From Spizellomyces punctatus DAOM BR117 (taxonomy: Eukaryota), in the NCBI GenBank assembly GCA_000182565.2, contig KQ257452.1: a stretch of DNA of 64,000 nucleotides; one strand, 5' to 3'. Made by a program: the position numbers and the translations under genes. Shown here piece by piece: positions 53,327 through 64,000 of this stretch. The first letter of the stretch is position 1. Each line of letters opens with the position of its first letter. The notes beneath the pieces were generated by a model. The model was not told the origin of the DNA, ran no database searches, and saw only the letters and a program-made list of their open reading frames with translations.

Positions 53327-53452
53327 AAGTGCAGATTAGTGTACAGTACAGAGTATCACGTGAATCACATGATGCTCAAAGGATGTGAGGCGCGGAATTG
53401 AATGGATAGACTATCACGTGGATCACGTGATACTCTGTACTAACCTGCACTT
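53327..53452. mobile_element. Short inverted-repeat (MITE-like) element
   Basis: Left arm aagtgcagattag...tacagagtatcacgtgaatcacatgat (53327-53373) pairs with right arm atcacgtggatcacgtgatactctgtactaacctgcactt (53413-53452). Confidence 0.6.
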
Positions 53453-53468
53453 CCTGTATGTACATACA

Positions 53469-54202
53469 CTAGTGGGAAGGCGTGCGCACAACGCACTTGA
53501 CAAAAAGACCAGAAAAATGCAGAAGATACATCGCATTGTTATCTATATCCTATGGAAGCACTTCTCTATGTTCTATATTTTGCGTTTTCCAAGCACATCT
53601 CACCCACTCAGGTAGTATACCAGATATAATTCAAGCTTTGTTCTTTGCATTTGTTGATTTCTTTGTTAAAAACCCAAGTTGGAAACTGCGGTTGCCAACG
53701 CTGACATGCATCACAGTCACGTGCGTAGTCAGGTGTCTTTCAGGTCACGCCGAGTTATTCTATTGTATGTATGTACATACACTAGTGGAAAGGCGTGCGC
53801 ACAACGCACTTGACAGAAGGCCAGAAAAATACAGAAGATACTATTATTGTTATTTATATCCTATGGAAGCAGTTCTCTATATTCTATATTATGCATTTAT
53901 CCCGTAAAGAGGCTTTGATTGCACCCATATCTTCCATAAATATTACACTATTTCAGTCTTCACGCATTCGAGTACATAAATGCATTGAACATCAAATTGC
54001 TTGTTGCAGCACATCTCTCACCCACTCAGCCAAGTATACCTATATAATTCAAGCCTATGTGTTTGTTGATTTCCAATGTTGTTAAAAGCTCAGGAATATG
54101 GCAACTCGGTTGCCGACTCTGACGGTCATGTGCGCGGTCATGTGCGCGGTCATGTGTTTTTCAGGTCACGCCGAGTTATTCTATATGTACAGCATTATAA
54201 GA
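53469..54202 (-). mobile_element. Two head-to-tail non-autonomous Helitron-like units (~313 and ~420 bp)
   Basis: Diverged direct repeat; each copy ends on the minus strand in hairpin gtgcg-ttgtg-cgcac, 9 nt, then CTAG|T (53469-53472 and 53782-53785); candidate A|TC 5' end near 54202. Confidence 0.65.
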
Positions 54203-54421
54203 TAAGATATTCAGGGATAATGGTTCGATTTGGATTCAGTGCCGCCCATAAAACTGGCTCATCAGAGCACTAAATGGCGGCCACTTGGTAGTTGTATAAA
54301 CGTTGAATCTCGGGGCTGCTCGACATCCACAGTACGCTACAATGGCAATCTATGTTAATTCTGTGCTGTGAGATTCACCTTTGAAAGACATCCACGTCAG
54401 TGCACGTCGGGAACCCTCTAC

Positions 54422-57400
54422 ATGACGACGCCCTCCCGCCAAATTGAACAGCAAGGTCCTTCAGGGCTCCCAGAGTTATATAAATATGGCTTTGCCGTGG
54501 CAAAGCGCGCAGTCCAAGAGGACAATGCGAAGCAGTGGACTACCGCATGGGGGCTCTATGAAGACGCAGCGCATGTATGTGCACCTTCGCTTTTGTGAGA
54601 TAGGCAAGGGGTGACTCGGTGTTCTCGGTCGTAGACTGTTTTACAACTGCTCCAGCGTAAGTTTACCCTAACGTCACATGTCAAAATCTCTTGGAATTGA
54701 CGAGTGTCTGTAATAGACGAAAGAGATCCGAAAAAGATAGCATTACTTCATCTGAAATGGGACGAATATTCGCAAAGGGCAGAAGAGCTGAGTCGTTTGG
54801 TTCGTGTTTCAAGAGTGGATGAGTTGCAAACGGACGGTACGCGCTGATGTTGTTGGCACATACGACTAGAGTCATCGCAATGTCATCTTGTAACCTGCAA
54901 GTATGGCTGTAGGCATTGAACAGGTCACTTGCGATACAGACAACCGCTTTGAGGCAGATGCTGCCCAGATTCCTTTAGAAATCGAAAAAGGTTGAGTAAT
55001 GGCCACAATAGTTTGACTGTTCTACGATACTGGGAAATGGGAAGTAAAGCATCCTCCATTTAAGCCGGTAGCCAGGAGAAAGACGACATTACCAATAGAG
55101 AGCGATCAGATTTGTCAGGCTCTCAAAGTATGCTACACATTCGCTTCTCTTGATATAGCTGTCAATGGAAATTCATAGCGCAGGGTTCAGTTGCGTCTCC
55201 CCAAGGACATTTAGCGCCATCCGAGATTGAAGTTCTAAAGAGATCCTCCATCATCAATGGACGATTATATCTGCCATGGATTGCAATGGATGATAAAGAA
55301 CGGTTTTCCTTTGATGTACCCTTCAAGTAAGCTCATTTCTCGTTACTCTATGACATACCCTCGTTGAAGCCTGTATCCGTAGAGACCCTCAAGGTCCACT
55401 AGTCCTCTCTATGATGCAAAGGGCTGCGTTTGCAGAATGGAAAAGGGTGAGCGAAATATTCTCAGAACATAGAATGGTCCGGTCCATGTGCGCTGGTGCT
55501 ATTGTACAGGTATGTGCGCGCTATCAATTACTTGGGATGATCCTCCTAATATCCTAGTTGTTTTGTTGAAAGGATCTTGTTACGGACTGCTCATTCGTTG
55601 CATCACTCTGCGTCAGCTCGGAATACGAGCGCAAGTTTAAAAAGCAGGTTGCACTGCCTTCTTATTCGGTTTCATTGACTTAAATTATAATTACTCATGA
55701 GCGTGCTCGCTAGCTAATTACAAGCCGTATCTATCCGCGAAACAAATCTGGTCAGCCTGTGTACAATCCGAGCGGGAAATATATGGTGAAACTAACTTGG
55801 AATGGCGTTCCCAGGAAGGAACGTTAAGTCACCCTGTATTCCTTCTAATTGTACCGCTCTTAATGCTGGACTAATTCTATAGGTTGTTGTGGATGACTAT
55901 TTGCCAGTCGGGAAAGATGGACGATTACTTTGCACCTTCTCTCTCAATCGGGAAATATGGCCTAGTATCGTTGAAAAAGCCTACCTCAAATTGCAAGGGG
56001 GCTACGGCTTCCCAGGATCCAACTCAGGAATAGACTTACATGCGCTTACAGGTTGGATTCCGGAACATATCTTCATCAAGGATGGGTCATTACCCTCAAT
56101 GAGCATCTTTCGAAGGCTGCAAGACGGGTATCAAGCTGGCCATGCCCTGATAACCGTTGCTACTAGCTCGCTTCGCGAGAACAATATTGAGCAATTCGGT
56201 TTGATAGCTGGCCATGCTTATGCCGTTCTTGATGTGCGAATTGTGCAAGTTGGGGATACACCGTACAACTTATTGCAAATCAAGAACCCATGGCGGTCGA
56301 TGCAAAGAGAAAGCAAAATATTTACCCAGGATCCTTATTTAAGGCAGAAAATTGCGCAAGCTCTGGCAGCAAGTGGTTTAGAAGTTGACGAGAAAACAGA
56401 TGGTAACTAAAGTATGACGATGATCACTCTCTTGATTGCAAAATATATGGACGCGTTCGCTCGATAGGAATCTTTTGGATCGACTTTCAAAGCATATGCG
56501 ACTGGTTTGATACTATCCATATAAACTGGAATCCGCATATGTGGGAGCATCGTTTTACGTTACACGCGTAAGTACAGCAGGCCGTTTCAACAAGCTGCGC
56601 TGTCATGTCTATCCAAAATAATTCACCTGCACTTGAAGGGCTTGGCCAGTTAGCGGCCCTCGGAAGGATATATTTAATTTCGGCAGTAATCCGCAGTTCT
56701 CTCTACAAGTTGATGTTTCAAACGAAAATTCAACCGCTGTGTGGATTTTGCTTACCAAGCACATCACTGTTACTGTAGGTACCATGATGGTATGCTGTTT
56801 ACGCTTTGGTTATATGGTGACCTCAAATCAGGAGGAGAATAGCGATTATATTACACTCCATTTGTATGGTGACTCCGGCGGCGAGAGAGTGTTCTACTCC
56901 GGTGAGCCTATGCTGCGAGGAGTCTACGTAAACAGTCCGCATGTACTGGTACGATATGCCGTGATATTGAATGTCACCGTTAACTGACAGCTGACTGCCT
57001 CCGGGGTATCAGGTTCGATTCAAATCACCGAAAGGATCTGGTTAGTTTTATCTTTGATAGCATATGCCCAGAATGTACCCAATAATCATTTCTCTTGTAT
57101 TGGGGATAGCAAAGTATACCATTGTGGTGGGCAGCATCCCGTACAGCGTGTCCAAACGTTTCCGTTGAATGCCGGTCTTCACTAGCTCTCTCAACACGAG
57201 AAGTCATCCCGAACGCTCCAATACACACTCACAGTATACGCGATGTCACCATTTCGTATTCAAGAGATTCAAGACACCTATCCATATTCTACTCAGGTAT
57301 CTTGATCGATGTTTTCCCTCTTTAGAGTTGCTGTTATCTCACTATGTGCTCTCTTGCGTAGGTTGTTGGTCATTGGACATCCACAACGGCGGGGGGATCA

Positions 57401-57782
57401 TTGAACCACCCGACTTTTCAACTAAATCCGCGGTATAAGTTGGTTGCTCTAAAAGAAACTCGAATTTTCATCACCTTAGAAGCACCGAAAGAATACCCTG
57501 TCAACGTGAAACTGATCAGGGACGACGTACCCCTTATCACGGTAACCAAAGAAACTATCGCCTTGAACAGCGGGGATTATCGGAACGGCTTCTGTTATGT
57601 GAAGGGAAACGACATCCAAGGTTCGCTATAGGCGCCAGGTTGTCGGTATTAAGCCTGAAAGTGAAACGATCGTTTTCATTCCAGCAGGAGTATACACTGT
57701 AGTGCCGTCTACTTTCCAACCTGGCCAGATTGGTACCTTCATACTCACGGTGCAGTCTACGGAACAATTGTCCTTTTCATAA
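54422..57782 (+). CDS. palB: Calpain-7/PalB/Rim13-type cysteine protease (MIT + CysPc + domain III)
   Basis: MIT-like AKRAVQED...AWGLYEDA; catalytic [77 protein letters not shown]. Confidence 0.93.
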
Positions 57783-58365
57783 CGGTGAGGAAGGGGACCG
57801 ACAATGAGTAGATCCGTGCTGTACATGTCCTCCATTCTTCCTGCAATGGACACCCAAAAATCGAGATGCACTCTTCTGAATATCAGTGCTGGATCTATAA
57901 TATTGAGCCAATGTACAATTGAAGCACGCTCAATTGGATCGAAGAGACATAGCCTTGGAGACAGGAATTTGAGATTGAGGATGAGCAGACAAAAGAACTA
58001 AGTCATTGAATCTTCTCTTCCTTGAAATCAAACACCGTTCTTTCCAGGCCTCTGTCGTCAAGCATCCTAAGATGTTGTAATGAATTCATCTGTAACGCTA
58101 AGCGGCGACAATTGGGAAACTATAGCAATAAGAGGCTGGTATTTGGTATACCAATAAAATATGTATAAATCAAACCACTGTGGTAAAAACATCAATACCA
58201 GTTATCTTACGGAATACCCTAATATGCGGTTGGTTGATTATGTCAGTCACTGCATTTGCTGACCGTTTTCCTCCTCAGTGCTCCCAAATCAAGGTTCCTG
58301 AACTTTGTCGTATACCAAGGCTCCGGACCATTTCGCACACTTACCAAGTACGCTTCATATAACAC

Positions 58366-58805
58366 ATGTCCAACTGTAATACTGAGGAGAACGGGAATGT
58401 TGTATCCACGGAGGAGAGCTCTGAGGTGCCGGTCCAGCCAGCAGCAATCGGTCAGCAAGAACAGCCCAGTGCTAGGCGAGGACGTCCTCCTCCCCTTCCT
58501 ATGTGGATCTCTTTCAGTGGTATTATCAGCATCGCGCTAATCCTTACCCAAGTGAGGCCAAGAAAGAAGAGTTATGCAACGAGACCGGATTAAACGCAAA
58601 ACAGCTTAATGATTGGTTCATTAATGGAATGGATGATGCCCTTCCCCTTGGCTTGCATTATTTCGATTATGGATTTAACCTCCATAACTTCATAGCGCGA
58701 CGACGGTACCACATCCCGCGCGCAGGGGCCTCACCGTACCACCTGGGTGGCCGGGTCACCCTAATCGAGAACTCAAGCACCAATGATCCTAGTAGAGATA
58801 CATAA
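58366..58805 (+). pseudogene. Probable pseudogene of a TALE-class homeobox gene
   Basis: LFQWYYQHRANPYPSEAKKEELCNETGLNAKQLNDWFIN-ARRR; relative to the paralog at 63693-64000 it shows a ~10-nt frameshifting deletion near 58509 and a GT>GA donor at 58627. Confidence 0.7.
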
Positions 58806-59118
58806 ACGGTTCATGATACAATCTGACCGTGGATGCATGTATACCATTCTCAGTGCAATGCTCATTATGTATTCGTTATTTCAATTGATTACTTTGTCGT
58901 TTGAGTAGTTGATACAAACATGTAATGCCTGGTTTTTTGACATCTTGATGACCACGTAGCAGGCTGGGATGTATACAGGGCCAAGCCAACTCGTAAGACA
59001 GGGACAGCTCCCCATATGCTACCGGTATGACTCGTTTCCCAATACCTATAAAATGTATTTATGAACCATACTGCCGACATTCAAAGAAAACCTATCCCTC
59101 TTCCAACATGCAAAGGCC

Positions 59119-61005
59119 CTAGTGGGAGCCAAACTGGGACTCTGTTACACCTTTACCCATTGCAGCCGTTGCGGTAACACCCCCAGAAACCGTTTTAACT
59201 AGAATACCACACTGTTAGCATCCAACACAAATTACCAGTACATAGAACAGCACTCACTCAAATTATCGTAATATTCAGCACCAGACCACTTTTGATGTGA
59301 AAGAGTTTCCACCGAATTGAGGCGCTCCTGACGCTGGATACCTTCGACATACGCAAGCATACCACGCTTTGAATAGTCGCGAGCGAAGAGGTCAGTAATC
59401 AAAGCATCAGAGTGGAACTGGAGAAAACAAAGTCAGCATATGTATGGGGGGCACTACGGAAATATTATGGGAGCATCTTACCCCAGCCAAGGTGATGAAT
59501 TGCCACGCGAAGCCCAACTTGGCAATATCACCAATAAAGCTCGAGATTTGAGCGTCAGACATTCCGGCTGCATCCCAGTTGAACGAGGGGGAGAGATTGT
59601 AGGCAAGCATCTGCTCCGGATGCACCTTGCGAACCCCATTAGCGAACTCTTCAGCTTGAGAATAGATAGGTTTCTTGGTCTCCATCCAAATCAGATCGGC
59701 GTACGGTGCGTAAGCGATACCCCTGTTGATACACGCAGGTGTGCCACCTTGGTATCTGAAGTATCCTTCGCGCACACGAGGAGCATTCCAGCACCAGAAC
59801 GGATCAACGCCGTAGGATTTCGCCAAAGCACGCGCCTCAGCATTCGAAAGCTTTCCAACCTTACTCAGGAAATCAGAAATGCGCCCATCCTTGCCAGCAG
59901 CCTTTAGTGCATCCACCACGGCTTCAGAGTAAAGCTTGACGTTGGCGTCGGCCATCCACTGATCTTCAACGGCCTGAAGCGCCTCTCCAGTTTTGCCACT
60001 ACTTTCGGCGGCATTCATTACGTCCACGAGTGGCGAAAGATTGGGGTTTGTGCTCCCAAGAATAAAAGCGTGATCACGACGATCAATGTTGGATGTGATG
60101 AGAGTTGCAGCTTCAGCGTCGGTACGTGCAACAACAATATTTTCTACTCCCATGATATCAAACTGTAGTCGGACAGCCACCAGACGGTTAATGTGCTCAG
60201 AGATGGGAACTAAGACTTTGCCCGCCATGTGACCGCATTTCTTTGTCCCAGCAGCTTGGTCCTCCAGATGAATACCGGCAGCACCTCGCTCCACAAACAT
60301 CTTAGCCAACTTCATGTTCGCAGTGATACCACCGTGTCCCGTGTCTGCATCTGCAATGATAGGTCGCAAGAAGTCAATGTGCTTCGACTTGGAACGTTCC
60401 GAAAGGGGGAGGGAGAGGCGGTCCTCCCGTTGTTTGCGGTCATGGAACAGCTGAGCAAAAAACAAATGCTCAACCTTGTTCGGTACGGTATCCTAAAGAC
60501 GAGAGGGAGACATCAGATTTAAAGTCTTAACAACACATTGTAAGGTGGAATGAATGTGTTCGTACCATTGGGTAGTCTGCCAAATCAGGTCCTGGCTCAT
60601 TAGAGGTAGAGGCCGTGGAGGAGCATTGCCACCCAGAGACGTAAATCGTGTCAAGGTATTTTGCCATCTGTGCAACTTGCACAGGATCCAAAGCACCATA
60701 GGTAAAAGACGCAGTCTTGTTGGCTTTGTGTTCTTGAAGGAGCTTCCACAGTTTTTTTGCCTGAATATCAGAAGCAAACTGTTGCTTTAGAGTTCCCCTC
60801 TTCTTCGCCACTGTGAACGAGTCATAGTTGGTCTCACGGCCGATGCAGGCACCTCAGAAAAACAATGGTAACCACACTTACCATCTTCAGCAGTGTAAGG
60901 ACGACGGATCAGCCGGAAGCGGTCTGATTGCCACCAAGATTTGATGTCCTTCACTTCCTGTTCAAAGAGGCGCTGTTCCTCGGCGAGAAAGGCGGAGGAC
61001 GACAT
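59119..61005 (-). CDS. ICL1: Isocitrate lyase (fungal type)
   Basis: [12 protein letters not shown]...[70 protein letters not shown]. Confidence 0.97.
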
Positions 61006-61278
61006 GATGCTTCGTGTGGAAATTGCAAAGAGGATGGGTGGATGCTGTGTTTACTTTTGAAGGGAAAGTGTTGACTGCGTTGCTTTTAAATCAAATCTTA
61101 AATCGATCTTGTTCACGTGTTCAGATGGCGGACTCGGCCGGAACCGGCCGGAAACGGGCGGAACCGGAGTTTTCAGATTGGATCCGGAACTGCGCCACTC
61201 GCGCCTCCCCATTTTTCTATGCACCTCTATCGCCAGCTCCAATTCACTTGCGATTCACAAGTGCATCTCATCCCAATC

Positions 61279-63399
<2,121 letters not shown>

Positions 63400-63692
63400 T
63401 ATGCTTCCTCTGTGGGCATCCCTTTATAGATGTCCATGATACATATTTACCCGGAACATATCATTTTGTTGAGAAGGTTTGGATCTCGGCAGAATATACC
63501 TGCATATGCGTTCGAGATCGGCTGCACCAAAGCGACCTCTTTCCTGTAGACTTTCAATTATATGCATTTTCTACCAGAAAAGTGTGCAGTTTCCAGCGCA
63601 CAAGTCAAAACTACAGAGTCATTGTAATACTGCAGTGAATGCCCTGCAAAGAGTACCACTTGGAACAATTATTGCAACTGCAGGCTAAGCTA

Positions 63693-64000
63693 CTATGAAG
63701 TGGCATCCATTGTGCCTTGTCTGGGAATGCGGTACCGTCGTCGCGCTATGAAGTTCATGGAGATTAGTTTTATGATCGATACAGTGCAAGCTAAGAGGAA
63801 GGGCAGCATCCATACCATTAATGAACCAATCATTAAGCTGTTTTGCGTTTAATTCGGTCTCGTTGCATAACTCTTCTTTCTCGGCCTCACTTGGGTAAGG
63901 GTTAGCGCGATGCTGATAATACCACTGAAATAGTATTTGGGTTTTCCACGGAGGATGGTTGGGACGTTTCGGTCGACCGCTCTCGCTGACCGACCGCTGT
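63693..64000 (-). CDS. TALE-class homeobox protein (5' part outside window)
   Basis: GRPKRPNHPPWKTQILFQWYYQHRANPYPSEAEKEELCNETELNAKQLNDWFIN[GT-AG intron 63746-63815]ARRRYRIPRQGTMDATS-stop. Confidence 0.85.

Noticed and set aside
58627-58695. Second GA-AG intron as evidence for a genome-wide GA donor system, or a 23-aa insertion in homeodomain helix 3
   Set aside because: The paralog at 63815 has canonical GT and this copy is also frameshifted, so decay is the simpler explanation

Overview
Eukaryotic, gene-dense, intron-rich (mostly ~50-100 nt GT-AG introns) fungal DNA. Flagellar genes (DNALI1/p28, DZIP1-like) alongside fungal-type genes (PMT4, PalB-type calpain, isocitrate lyase, DSN1/Mis13) point to a zoosporic fungus (chytrid); this is inference. 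About 30 protein-coding genes are present, mostly housekeeping and often in tight head-to-head pairs, plus three N gaps. The standout is a predicted cytosolic protein (34548-36410) joining a partial F-box-like N-terminus, a PHD/PhyA-type prolyl 4-hydroxylase and a Gnt1-type (GT60) GlcNAc transferase. It is a candidate single-polypeptide Skp1 hydroxylation/glycosylation (O2-sensing) system. Also notable: a bacterial-style chorismate mutase-prephenate dehydratase fusion, an inverted pair of TALE homeobox paralogs (one apparently pseudogenised), a GA-AG intron in an otherwise intact calpain, tandem Helitron-like elements next to a palindromic MITE-like element, a MUS81 lacking its N-terminal half, and recurrent RFX X-box-like motifs in divergent promoters. 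Gene calls are from motif recognition only, and exon boundaries were read by eye.
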